This document shows positions 12,149 to 24,438 of a stretch of 64,000 nucleotides of DNA, one piece after another. The position numbers and the translations under genes are program-made. The notes under the pieces are model-generated. The model was not told where the DNA came from. It did not search any database and was given only the letters and a program-made list of their open reading frames with translations. The stretch is from contig CM075990.1 of the NCBI GenBank assembly GCA_038087875.1, positions 11,534,001-11,598,000 of the forward strand, in the 5' to 3' direction. Source of the DNA: Malacoraja senta (Eukaryota). How positions within the stretch are numbered: the first letter of the stretch is position 1; each line of letters starts with the position of its first letter.

Positions 12149-13914
12149 ACACACTATTCTGATTCAGTCTAGTCAAAAGACAAAGGATTGAGCTAGGTTT
12201 GTTTTAAAGGGCTCAACTTAAAAGGGTACAAGGAAAGTTCCTGAGAGAAACCATAATCCGTCTAAATATGAAGTGTACAACAGATGCAGGACAAAAATCG
12301 TATCCCTGTCGAACTAATGAAAGTCTTTTGTGTGTTTTCTCCCGTAAACTTGTCCAGCATAATCTTATTTACCGGGGAGATGACTATGTGTGACAATATT
12401 ATTCGAAGGGGCCTCTTTCTCCTCCGAATCACACGACTGATTTCAAATGCACTAGCTGGAGATGAAAAGATATTGTATCATGGCCAGGACAGGCACAGGC
12501 TTTGCAGACGCAGACAATCTAATTAACGATAATCCCTTAATCTTGGGTTTGTAATAGACGGCCATTTCCCCCTGAAGTGAACATCATCTAAAACAAGATG
12601 CCTTTACCTATACTCTGCCGATTACACCTCTTTGCCCTAAATAGCTTATCGCTGCAGATTTGTTTCCCTTCTTTATAAAACACTGTTAAATTCAGCTTTC
12701 TACAATGTCATCACCTTGGAGTCCAGCAGAATTAATGGTTTGGCTTCAGGCAGTCAACGGTGCACAGCTGAAACGAAGCTGCACTGTGACACGGGCTAAT
12801 TTTAACCACAGCACCCTTCTTTATCCGATAGTTTTGTCAGAATTTCGAGATCAGAATACTCTTGTGAACTTCAGCTGATTATGACTGATTTCCCAACAGA
12901 GTGTGACTTTTCACGTGCTATTTTAAGATCAATGTTGCAATTGATGTCTGAACTTCTCTTTGTGTCATCCCCTTTAAAAAATTCCGTTTGATAAATGGGA
13001 ATAAAATGATTACATCTGAGGCAGAAGAAGTGGTTGGCTTGTCCACAAATGTCATTTATAATTTTCTGCGGCATTTAAGAATCACGTGGCCACTTTAGAA
13101 ACCAACAGTATTAGACAAAGACAAATGAAGGCTCCTTACTGATTAGGGTTTGTTGGGATGACTTTTAATTGAGACAATTCAAGTTTAAAGGTTCAGAATA
13201 ATGTTATTTGGGCCAGTTCAGGACTCAAGAGAGTGGCTGTTAATATTGATTATTTTCCTCTCTCAAAAACAAAAATTGTCCCAATGCTTCATGTTTGTTT
13301 GTCCAGGTGCCACTGTGCTGTCTAGCAATCATTTCCATTTTAATAGATGTCACGAGCTAAATTCCTGATGCTCATTAAGTCATTTCACAGCAATTGTAGC
13401 CTTGGCTCCGTGGACCAAATTGAAATGACCTCGTGTGCTCTCAATCAAATCGGTTCGCTGCTTTGGCAAACTAATCCACAAGCAGAGTTTACCTCATCCG
13501 AATGATGTCATGTATCTAATGCCAATGGTAGAACTGTCACCCATGTCTTTGTTATCTCCAAACCTGACGATTCCAATGCATCCCTGCCTGGCCTCACTCT
13601 CCCAGTCTCTATAAACATGAAGGTAGATGCAAAACACTGGAGTAACTCAGCGGGACAGGCAGCATCTCTGGAGAGAAGGAATGGGTGACATTTGGGTGAA
13701 TGTCACCCATTACTTCAGACCCTTCTACCTGTCACTGGTTTTATAAAGGATGGGCCTTGCCTCATTGCCATTAAACATCTCAATCAGCATGACTGTACAA
13801 TACCACCTGTCCCTAGTCAGAGGAACACATTTGACCGCAAGTCAATCAGGTAGTTGTCTGCATGGAATGTCCTCGAGGTACTGCAGGGAAGGAGAAGGTG
13901 GAATCCAAGGTCAG

Positions 13915-14090
13915 TTTTAGTTTTAGTTTCGAGACACAGTGCGGAAACAGGCCCTTCGGCATCGACCAGCGATCCCCGCAACACTAACACTATCCTACAC
14001 AAACTCGGAACAATTTACAGTCATACCAAGCCAATTTGCCTGCAAACCTGAACGTCTTTGGAGTGTGGGAGGAAACCAGAGATCCGGAAA
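13915..14090 (-). mobile_element. V-SINE/HE1-type SINE (3' part; a head remnant follows the MITE at about 14608-14630)
   Basis: ttttagtttcgagacacagtgcggaaacaggcccttcgg...ggaggaaacc, resuming as taaggcagcacctctaccgc. Confidence 0.75.
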
Positions 14091-14094
14091 CCGG

Positions 14095-14607
14095 AGTTTA
14101 GAAGGGTTTGAAATAATGACATGTTGAAGACCTCCTTCGACTATGTAGAAGACCTCCTTCAACCTCCTTTGACTATGTTGAAGACCAGCTTCGACTAGCT
14201 ACGACTAGCTACGACTAACTTCAGGAAAATTGGACACCGAATAGTGGAAAGTGAAGAAGATCTCCTTCGAACTCCCATCGACTATGATGAAGACTATCTA
14301 CGACTACCTTCGACTACCCTCAATTACCTACGACTAACATGCCGACCTACTATGACCTACTACGACTAAATCTACGAGTAAAAAAAGTGTAGATTTTTCC
14401 CATGGCGACCTTTTTTTAAACTTGCGGGCATTTTTTAACATATTGAAAAAAACTAGCTGAGGCCTCGAGTAAACAGGGGACCACTCTCGAGCATGAAGGA
14501 GAGTTACGAAGACCTCCTACAACCTCGTGTCGACCATGCTGCGAGTATGAGTCGAGGGCAAACTCGCCAGAACTCGCGGATTCGGTCCCCCAAGTGGGAC
14601 AGGCCCT
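14095..14607. mobile_element. PIF/Harbinger-type MITE with the left end deleted
   Basis: Right end gtgggacaggccct followed by TAA. The interior is rich in CGACTA/GAAGACCTCC repeats. Confidence 0.7.
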
Positions 14608-15605
14608 TAAGGCAGCACCTCTACCGCCCATGAAGCAAAGTAGTAATGTGGTATTTCAACTATATTGCACACCCATATTAGGGCCTGGTAAATCCTTACA
14701 CTGCAAATATGGTTTATATTTAATGTAGATTTCTTATTTTAACTTGAATTGACTTTGCCAGAGCTGAAATGATCTGTGTATGCTTGAAGCATCTTCACCT
14801 TCTAAAATTGCCCGATTAAAAAAAGCTAAGAATACTAGGATGAACAAATGGGAATCCATACCAAATAAAATGAATTGCTTCATTTTTCCAATTGATCTTT
14901 GCAGACAAATTGCTCCACTCCTTAATTTGCTGAATCCTCTTTTCCATCTCATACACAATCACTCTCAGTAGCCTATATTTACAATAATGAGCAACATATT
15001 GTGTTAAATATCACTCAATTTCTGAATTGAACACTTGTTTTTTCTCTCTCACCTCATTTATTCCACAGATTGTTGTCAGAGCAGAGCTCAATTTCCACCT
15101 GCGAAACCGATTTGAGATTATATTCGGCTGGGACGAGGATGCTTTGAATTGAATGCAACCCCTTGATATTCTCTCTCAGTGTTTATTCACACCTTTTCTC
15201 CATGCAGCTCAGGCTCAAAGTATTGACGGATGTGTTGAGACTCGGGTTAGAAACCTGAAGCTGGTGACAGCATCATCCTTGGATCATGTTGAGTTCACCA
15301 GGCTTCTCAAACTGCTCAGAGGGTTACAGGGAAATTCAACTGTACCAATTTAAAATTAACGGGCAGGAATTGTGAAAGTCTGTCAGTTTTTTGAAGTCGG
15401 GTTGTAGAGTGTTGAGATACCAACCTTTCCTTGTGGCAGCTCCACAGTGGCTTTACAGTTGAGTTCAGCAATGTAGGGGGAGGTCATTTGTGCCATGTCA
15501 GACCTCAGCTCGTCTTGGAGATCTGGATTTTGCACAAGTCCCAAGCAACCAGAGGCCCCCTACAGAATGCCCGATGTCCGTCAGCTGCGTTTGTCTTTTA
15601 TTTCC

Positions 15606-16064
15606 GACGATCTTTCCCCAACCCAGCACACTGATGCAATTATAAGGAAAGCACATCAGCGCCTCTACATCGTGAGAAGATTACGGAGATTTGGTATGTC
15701 AAAGAGGATTCTCTTGAACTTCTACAGGTGCACAGCAGAGAGCATGCTGACCAGTTGCATCGTGGCCTGGTTCAGCAACTTGAACGTCCAGGAGTGGAAA
15801 AGAAATTTGTAAACATTGTCCAGGCCATCACCGGCTCTGACCTCCCCACCACCGAAGGGATTTATCAGAGTCGCTGCCTCAAAAAGGCAGCCAATATCAT
15901 CAGAGACCCACACCATCCTGGCCACACACTCATTTCACCACTGACATCGGGAAGAAGGTACAGGAGCCTGAAAACTGTAACGTCCAGGTTCAGGAACAGC
16001 TCCTTCCCTACAGCCATCAGGCTATTAAACACTACAACCTCAAATAAGCTCTGAACTACAATAG

Positions 16065-16106
<42 letters not shown>

Positions 16107-16520
16107 GCACTATTTTGTTTGTTTTTTGAGTAATTGTGCATGTGTATATATATATATATTGTGAGCATGTGTATATATATTTACACGGTTTGGCGGTCTG
16201 ATAAACGACTCCTGGAGTTTTCAACAATACTTTATTCGAAAGCTCAAGTTGCAGCATACAGGTTAAACAGACATGTCTGGCCACATCGGTGGTCAGCGCT
16301 GAACTAACGCGCGCAAGGGAAAAACCGCGCGAAAACAACAGCCCCTCCCGAGTCATGTGACCGCGGCTTCCGAACGCCGGGTTCGACATCTGCGTGCGCT
16401 AGCAGCCGCCGCTACAACGGAACTTTTCTTTTCTCTCTCTCGTTTATCATATCATACTATGTTTACATATTCAGTCGTGCTGCAGCAAGGCTATCTGGGA
16501 CAAATGACAATAAAACACTC
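15606..16520 (+). mobile_element. Rex1/Babar-type LINE 3' fragment
   Basis: Peptides KAHQRLYIVRRLRRFGMSKRILLNFYRC and IIRDPHHPGHTLISPLTSGRRYRSL, then (ATT)n and a 3' UTR ending gacaataaaacactc. Confidence 0.85.
16189..16416 (-). mobile_element. Solo LTR (Gypsy-like, 228 bp)
   Basis: The minus strand begins TGTAGCGGCGG and the other end is an imperfect inverted match (tttggcgg). There is an AATAAA on the minus strand and a 4-bp TSD ACGG (16185-16188, 16417-16420). Confidence 0.7.
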
Positions 16521-17394
16521 CTTGACTCATGACTCGTGATATGGCAGCTACAATGACATCCAGAAATCGAAACAGGCATCAGGTATACACAAGCTCTTGA
16601 TTGTTTGACCCATTCCTTTCATATTTGTTTATGCTTTGGCACTCTCTGTGATGCATGAAGAATTGATTCATATCCATTTGTCAATTCCTCTCACCAATTT
16701 AAGTACTTGTATCGTATCGCCTCTTAACCTTTCCACTCATTGGAAACAAACTCCAGCTCCTTCAATATATTCTGAGATTTCTGGATCGCAGCCCAGAAAC
16801 CATTGGGTTTTATTTGCCTGTTCTCTGGAGCAGCTATTAGCGACCACAAAGTAATGCTTTGTTTCATAACAATGAAGTATTATGTTGCTGCTCCATAATT
16901 CTCGTCTGAAATATCTCAGCTCACTGGAACCGTGCCAATCACTCTTCGGATACATTCCCGATGTTGTTCCTTGAAATTATTTTGGCCATTTGTGATAATT
17001 ATAGGGGCCTAAAGTTGTTCCGGTCCAGTCTAATGTAGCATGACTGCTGAGAACAGGGCATGAAGCTTGTAACATGGCTGTGTTGGTTGTGTGTTACCAA
17101 TTGGATTAGTTGGTAATGGATTCTAACTCTAGCAAGGGGACTAAACAGCACCTTTTGCATCCAGAAGATATCACAGAGGGCTTTGTTACCAGTTAAATAG
17201 CTCTGTAGTTATGGCTGAAATATGATTAAACAGAATTTACCAATTTAGTTTAGTTTAGAGATACAGTGCAAAAACAGGCCCTTCGGCCCATTGGGCCAGT
17301 GATCCTCGTATATTAACACTAAATAATGTAGTGTTAATATACACACACTGGCAACAATTTTTACATTTACCAAGCCAATTAACCTACATACCTT

Positions 17395-17669
17395 GTGTTA
17401 AAGAAGGAACTGCAGATGCTGGAAAATCGAAGGTACACAAAAATGCTGGACAAACTCAGCGGGTGCAGCAGCATCTATGGAGCGAAGGAAATAGGCAACG
17501 TTTCGGGCCGAAACCCTGAAGGAAATAGGCAACGTTTCGGGCCGAAACCCTGAAGGAAATAGGCAACGTTTCGGGCCGAAACCCGGAAGGGTTTCGGGCC
17601 GAAACGTTGCCTATTTCCTTCGCCCCATAGATGCTGCTGCACCCGCTGAGTTTCTCCAGCATTTTTGTC
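17395..17669. mobile_element. Penelope-derived fold-back insertion (second subfamily) with 14-bp TSD, inside a SINE
   Basis: aacctacatacctt at 17381-17394 and 17670-17683, inverted arms, and an internal unit of about 34 bp repeated three times. Confidence 0.85.
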
Positions 17670-17904
17670 AACCTACATACCTTTATGTCTTTGGAGTAAC
17701 AATTGTAAATGTTAAACACTATTGAATGGGTAGGACTGTTATGGTTAGGGCTCGATCCCAAAAGTTGTAACAGATTTAATGTTTCTATTTTGAAAGCAAA
17801 CAAAGAACGAACCTCAATATCAATTACCATTGGCAAAAACAGATTAGCCTAGAAGTTGATCTGAATTACTTGACGTGACGTGACGCAGACCAATTTCAAC
17901 TTTA

Positions 17905-18730
17905 ATTTAGTTTATTGTTTATTGTTACGTGTACCGAGATACGGTGAAAAGCCGTTGTGGGCGCGCTAAACAGTCGGCGGAAAGACTATACATGATTGCA
18001 ATCGGGCCATTCACAGTGTACAGATACATAATAAAGGAAATAATGTGGAATATGTTCAGTGCAACATAAAGACAGTAAGGTCCGATCAAAGATAGTCCAA
18101 GGGTCTTCAATGAGGTAGATAGTAGTTCAGGACTGCTCTCTAGTTACATAGAAACATAGAAAATAGGTGCAAGAGGAGGCCATTCGGCCCTTCGAGCCAG
18201 CACCGCCATTCATTGTGATCATGCCTGATCGTCCCCAATCAATAGCCCGTGCCTGCCTTCTCCCCATATCCCTTGATTCCACTAGTCCCTAGAGCTCTAT
18301 CTAACTCTCTCTTAAATCCATCCAGTGATTTGGCCTCCACTGCCCTCTGTGGCAGGGAATTCCACAAATTCACAACTCTCTGGGTGAAAACATTTTTTCT
18401 CACCTCAGTCTTAAATGGCCTCCCCTTTATTCTAAGACTGTGGCCCCTGATTCTGGACTCGCCCCATATTGGGAACATTTTTCCTGCATCTAGCTTGTCA
18501 AGTCCTTTTATAATTTTATATGTTTCTATAAGATATCCCCTCATCCTTCTAAACGCCAGTGAATACAAGCCTCGTCTTTTCAATCTTTCCTCATATGACA
18601 GTCCCGCCATCCCAGAGATCAATCTCATAGTTGTGGTAGAATGGTTAGTTGCTTGATAACAGCCGGGGAGAAACTGTCCCTGAATCTGGAGGTTTGTGTT
18701 TTTACACTTCTATACCTCTTCCCCTTCCAT
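17905..18730 (-). mobile_element. Rex1-type LINE 3' tail, split by a CR1 insertion
   Basis: Reverse complement of the tail seen at 43750-44140 and 50435-50845. Confidence 0.7.
18146..18627 (-). mobile_element. CR1-type LINE 3' fragment
   Basis: Peptide LSYEERLKRRGLYSLAFRRMRGYLIETYKIIKGLDK...TRGH-like...RVVNLWNSLP. TAGTT is present on both flanks. Confidence 0.92.
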
Positions 18731-18924
18731 GCAACCTCACAAAGCGTAACACCTCATACTTGCTCGGATTAAACTCCATCTGCCATTTCTCCGCCCATTT
18801 CTGTAGCTGATTTATATCCCTCTGTATACTTTGACAGCCTTCCTCTCAGTCCGTGACCCCAACCAAGCCAAGGTAACCACCATGATTCATCGGAATGAAA
18901 CCTCAAGTAAACTGCGTGCGTATG

Positions 18925-19402
18925 TTCATAAGGTCATAAGTTCATAAATGATAAGAGCAGAATTAGTGCATGTGATAGGAGCAGACTTAGGCCATTCGGC
19001 CCATCAAGTCTACTCCGCCATTCAATCATGGCAGATCTATCTCTCCCACCTAACCCCATTCTCCTGCCTTCTCCCCATAACCCCTGACACCCATACTAAT
19101 CAAGAATCTATCTATCTCTGCCTTTAAAAATCCATTGACTTGGCCTCCACAGCCTTCTGTGGCAAAAATTGCCACAGATTCACCCACCCTTACTAAAATA
19201 AATTCCTTTTCATCTTCTTCCTAAAGAAATGTCCTTTAATTCTGAAGCTGTGACCTCTGGTCCTAGACTCTCCCACTAGTGGAAACATCCTCTCCACAGC
19301 CACACTATCCAGACATTTCACTAATCGGTAAGTTTCAATTAGGTCCCCCCCCTCATCCTTCTAAACTCCAGCAAGTACATGCCCAGTGCTGACAAACACT
19401 CA
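18925..19402 (-). mobile_element. CR1-type LINE 3' fragment
   Basis: Same family as 36113-36514, reverse-complemented. Confidence 0.8.
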
Positions 19403-19492
19403 TATATGTACATAGACGGTTGATGAGAAGAGTAAGGTAGACACAAAATAACTCAGCGGGACAGGCAGCACTTCTGGAGAGAAGAAATGGGT

Positions 19493-19520
19493 GACGTTTC
19501 GGGTCCAGACCCTTCTTCAG
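19493..19520 (-). ncRNA. Minimal hammerhead ribozyme core in a Penelope pLTR
   Basis: The minus strand reads CTGAAGA-AGGGTC TG GACCC-GAAA-CGTC: CUGAnGA box, stem II, GAAA box, palindromic ACGU and a GUC cleavage triplet. Confidence 0.6.
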
Positions 19521-19587
19521 TTCTCGACACTAGGATTAAAGCAAGATATCACCGAAGGCTTTTTTACCAGTTAACTAGCATGAAAAC

Positions 19588-21192
19588 AGGGGGGTCTAGC
19601 ACTACCCAATTTTATGTATTATTATTGGTCAGTAAATATTAAAAACATGATTCAACTGATGGATAACTCCGCCCAGCAAGTAGACTGGATTGTAATGGAG
19701 AAAGAGGATTGCTCCTCTAGAAACATTGGAGCGATCCTCCTCTCTCCAATGAAATTGAATAACATAAACTATAATAAGAACCCAATTATTCATAGTACAA
19801 TCCGTATTTGGAAACAAATAAAACAAAATTTAAAATTAAGAAACTTATCACTTTTATTACCTATAGTCAATAACCCTTCGTTTAGTCCTTCTATTATAGA
19901 TAAAGCTTATACACAATGGGATAGACTAGGAATTAAAACGCTTGGTGACTTGTATGAAACTGGAAAATTACTTTCATTTCAACAATTACAAATAAAATAT
20001 AAACTCGGAAATAATCAATATTTTAAATACTTTCAAATATGCGACTATTTGAAAAAATATATAAAAGATCATCATAATAACCCAGCAGATGTACTGGACG
20101 AGGCAATGCAGACAAAAGCGGAATCAGCAAACTTAATATCATATTTGTACAATATTATCTTAAATGTACAAATACCATCTACGGAGGGTATCAGAAGAGA
20201 CTGGGAACAAGAGTTAGCCATTAAAATTTCAAAGGAAAGTTGGAATGAATACTTATTAAAAGTACATAAATGCTCGATTAATGTAAGACACACTTTAATA
20301 CAATTTAAAATTTTACATAGATTATATTATTCGAAAACTAAAATTCATAAAATTTTCCCAAACGTATCATCTATTTGTGATAAATGTCAATCCCAAGAAG
20401 CAACTATAGCGCACTCATTTGTCTTCTGTACAAAAATTCAAAAATTTTGGAATGAAATTTTTGAAATCTTTACAAAGTTATTTAAAACAAGACTGATACC
20501 CAAAGCAGAATGGATTATCTTCGGAATAACGGAAGATGATCCAGAACTAAATGTGTTTCAAAAGAAATTAATGGATTATGGGTTAATAACTGGAAAAAAG
20601 CTAATTCTAAAATTTTGGAAGAAGGCTCCAATACCAACTATAAATATGTGGATTTCAAATATGTTTGAAACACTACACCTTGAAGAGATAAGACTCCTCC
20701 TAGCAGGTAAACCAGATCACTTCCACCTGACGTGGTCTGCATTTATAGAATTATTACAAACATAGGGTGCAAAAGTACTTTAAAAAAATAAAAAATTGAG
20801 GTCGGGTAAGGGGGGATGATAGTTGAAGAGTTGGTATGTCCTATTTACGTGATGCTCAAAAAAAAAAACATTTGTTTTTCTTTTTTTCTCTCTCTCTTTT
20901 CTTTTCTTAGGGCCTATTTCTTAACTCCTTTTTTTTTTTTGTCTTTAATTTCGCTTTCATAGGGTCCCCGTCCTTTTTTTTTTTTTGTTTGTTGTTACAT
21001 TTTCTACACTTTTCTACACTTGCACTTTTTCCTTCACTTTCTTCTCTCTTTCAATCTTTTCTTTCTTTAGCGTAAAAAAAAAAATAAAGGGAGTACATTA
21101 ATTGTAAGAAGATATAAATGACGAGTATTAATGTATGTGGCTGTGATGTAATGTACTTCTAATAAATAAAAATTAAAAAAAAAAAAAAAAAA
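19588..21192 (+). mobile_element. 5'-truncated L1-clade LINE with poly(A) and 15-bp TSD
   Basis: TSD aactagcatgaaaac (19573-19587, 21193-21207), T-rich 3' UTR, AATAAA at about 21161 and a poly(A) tail. Confidence 0.93.
19614..20765 (+). pseudogene. L1 ORF2 C-terminal part (post-RT region plus CCHC zinc knuckle), uninterrupted, 383 aa
   Basis: Preceded in frame by GGLALPNF. Contains QFKILHRLYYS and CDKCQSQEATIAHSFVFC. The EN and RT core are absent. Confidence 0.9.
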
Positions 21193-21573
21193 AACTAGCA
21201 TGAAAACCATGCCACAGCCTATGATCTAATGACTATTATTTCTAGATATAATTTTATTGCAAATAATTATTTTATGGTTTTATACTTTAAACAACTTTTA
21301 TCACAGTCATCCATTATAAAATAAACCAGCTAATGTTTTATCGTTCTCGAAGGGCACGAAATGTTCAAGGGGAGTTATTAAGCAGACTGCATTCTCCCCT
21401 GGTCCGCCTCACACCTTATGCTCTCTGCTATGTTTATGATTTTGTTTACCAGCTGCTCGAAAACCTCTGTGCATCCTTTGAGAGAAGCATAATCTTGGAT
21501 TGAGATTGTGCCTTAAAAGCTGTTTACATTTTACCAGGTGTGGATCAGCAGACTGTTGGATCAGGAGGCTAAA

Positions 21574-21786
21574 GATGGACACAAAATGCTGGAGTAACTC
21601 AGCGGGACAGGCAGCATCTCTGGATAGAAGGATTGGGAGACGTTTCAGATCGAGACCCTTCTTCATTCTGAATCCCGAAACATCACCCATTCCTTCCATC
21701 CAGAGGTACTGCCTGTCCCGTGGAGTTACTCCAGCATTTTGTGTCTATCTTCGGTGTAAACCAGCACCTGCAGTTTCTTCCTGCAC
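21574..21786. mobile_element. Penelope-derived fold-back insertion with a diverged 16-bp TSD
   Basis: ggatcaggaggctaaa (21558-21573) versus ggatcggtaggctaaa (21787-21802), with inverted arms between them. Confidence 0.8.
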
Positions 21787-22204
21787 GGATCGGTAGGCTA
21801 AATAGCCGCTGTAAATTGTCCCTGACGCGTAGGTGGGTGGTAGTGTATGGGGACTTGAGAGCAATGCGGGAAGAGTGATGTGGTATTAGTGCAGAATTGG
21901 AGTAGATGCATTGTTGGCACAGATTCATACGGCTGAGGGGCTGTTTTCAAGCTGTCGGACTTTATGCATCTTTGATTCTACATGTGCTGGCATCCTCTGA
22001 TGCTAGGGTCCTCCTTCCCGGCATGCATCTTGTTGACCAGAGCCTGCACATCATTTTGAACTCTCTTCAGCCATAAGGAGGGGGAGTGCACTTCAGTGAA
22101 TTTGCGTATTTTTAATCAGGGGAATCAATGACCCCCCAATTGTCCCCTCCACTCGCCAAGTGTCCCCACTCCACCCTCACAGGTTGTATATTTAATGATG
22201 ACCA

Positions 22205-22832
22205 ATCTAATCAAGGACGATGAGTCACACCCCGGTCACTCCCTCCTCTCCCCTCTATCATCAGGCAAGAAGCATAGAGGTGTGAAAACGCATACCGACA
22301 CATTCAGGGACAGTTTTGTTCCTGTCACCAATTAGAGAGTGGTCCTGACATCCCATCTACCTCATTGGAGACAATAGACAATAGACAATAGGTGCAGGAG
22401 TAGGCCATTTGGCCCTTCAAGCCAGCACCGCCAATCAATGTGATCATGGCTGATCATCCACAATCAGTACCCCGTTCCTGCCTTCTCCCCATATCCCCTG
22501 ACTCTGCTATCTTTAAGAGCCCTTTCTAGCTCTCTCTTGAAAGTATCCAGAGAACCGGCCTCCACCGCCCTCTGAGGCAGAGAATTCAACAGGCTCACAA
22601 CTCTCTGTGTGAAAAAGTGTTTCCTCATCTCCGTTCTAAATGGCTTACCCCTTATTCTTAAACTGTGGCCCCTCGGTCAATTTCTTATCGGACTTTATCT
22701 TGCACGGAACATAATTCCCTTTATCCTGTATCTGTACACTGTGGACGGCTTGATTATAATCATGTACTGTGTAGTTTTTTCACTGACTGGTAACCTTTCA
22801 CTGTACCTTGGTACATGTGACAATAAATTTAA
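22205..22832 (+). mobile_element. Rex1-type 3' tail containing a minus-strand CR1 tail (about 22371-22672)
   Basis: tcacaccccggtcactccctcctctcccct...gtacatgtgacaataaa; the insert begins acaatagacaatagacaataggtgcagg. Confidence 0.75.
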
Positions 22833-23424
22833 CTATCGAGGAATGGTTTTCCCCGTTTCTAAGAACATGCCGAGTGGCAGGATTCAGCGCAAAGTAAATG
22901 GCCCAATGTGGGGAATTTTTCATCGAAGAGATGACTCTGCTGAACTACAACCTGATAAAAGAATTTAATTAAATTTAGAATGATTCTGGTAATTATAAAA
23001 TTTGCCATAGTGCTAAATGTAAAAAAAAAACAATATAAAAAGCATATGGATAATTAGAGGAATCTCTTCAGCCTGTGGCCAAGGCTTTGAGGACTTTTCC
23101 TCCTGTCAGCAAAAGTGCAATGTTAATTTTACTTTACAAAGCTGGTTAATTAGATTATACATCACCTCTAGTGACATTTCATTATCCCTTTCAGTACTGA
23201 ATTTTCTCTGCAGCTCAGAGACCAGGAACCGGTTATCTATTGCTCACGGACTCCAAGATTTCATCCTAGAAATGAAGCTAGTGCGTTATTACTTAAAATG
23301 AACTGGACTCTGGGATTCAGTTAACAACTAGGCTCTTTGGTGAAGTAAGTGGTGTAACGGGAGATGACACTGCCTCCCTAAATTGCCCTTCTCTAACAAA
23401 CTCAAATCTCCGACAACTTATATT

Positions 23425-23746
23425 AGTTTAGTTTAATTTAGAGATACAGCGCGGAAACAGGCCCTTCGGCCCACCGAGTCTGCACCGGCCAGCGGCCCCC
23501 ACACATTAACACTACCCTGCACATACTCGGGACAATTTTACATTTACACCAAGCCAATTAACCTACAAACCTGTACGTCTTTGGAATGTGAGAGGAAACC
23601 GAAGATCTCGGAGAAAACCCACGCGGTCACGTGGAGAACGTACAAACTCCGTACAGACAGCACCCGTAGTCGGGATCGAACCTGGGTCTATGGCGCTGCA
23701 AGTGCTGTAAGGCAGCAACTCTACCGCTGTGCCACCATGGCCGCCC
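23425..23746 (-). mobile_element. V-SINE/HE1-type SINE, full length
   Basis: A box, B box and (CTAAA)n tail on the minus strand. Confidence 0.88.
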
Positions 23747-23861
23747 AACTAATAGTAAATTATTTCATAGATTTTATTTTCTTCTCTACTTTCTTGGTAA
23801 ATTAAGTCAGTCAATGTTTCTTCATATGTCGCATATAAATAAATATTTCCTAATAAGCATC

Positions 23862-24155
23862 AGGGCGCAGCGGTAGAGTTGCTACCTTAAAGCGCCAGAG
23901 ACCCGGGTTCGATCCTGATTACAGATGCTGTCTGTACAGTGTTTGTACCTTCTCCCTGTGACCTGCGTGGGTTTTCTCCGGGAGCTCCGGTTACCTCCCA
24001 CACTCCAAAGATGTACAGGTTTGTAGGTTAATTGGATTCTGTAAAAAATGTAAATTGTTCCTAGTGAGTAGGATAGTGCTAGTGTACGGGGATCACTGGT
24101 CGGCGCGGACTTGGTCGTCCGAAGGGCCTGTCTCTGCACTCTATCTCTAGTCTAG
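23862..24155 (+). mobile_element. V-SINE/HE1-type SINE
   Basis: ggcgcagcggtagag...gggttcgatcc...gaagggcctgt. Confidence 0.85.
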
Positions 24156-24221
24156 TGTAAAGTCAAGAGAGTCAAGTGTGTTTTATTGTCAGATGTCCCG
24201 GATGGGACAATGAAATTCTCA

Positions 24222-24438
24222 AGGGCCTGTCCCACTTGGGCGTCATTTGCGTGTCACGCAGGTGGGGCGCAAAGATTTTGTGAATCCCAAAATCCTGGGG
24301 CGCCGCGCGCCACCGCGCGTCACTGCCTACGTCACTATGCACCATGCGCGCGTAATGCACGCCAGGCGCGCATCACGAAGCGTAAATGATGTCATGTAAA
24401 TGATGGTGCATAAATGACGCCCAAATGGGACAGGCCCT
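24222..24438. mobile_element. PIF/Harbinger-type MITE
   Basis: TIRs AGGGCCTGTCCCA / TGGGACAGGCCCT. It interrupts the recurrent host motif aaattc-TTA-cttgctgcagc, with flanks TCA and TTA. Confidence 0.85.

Noticed and set aside
19614..20765. 383-aa ORF as a host or domesticated gene
   Set aside because: It lies within TSDs and poly(A) of a truncated L1 and starts at an internal Met.
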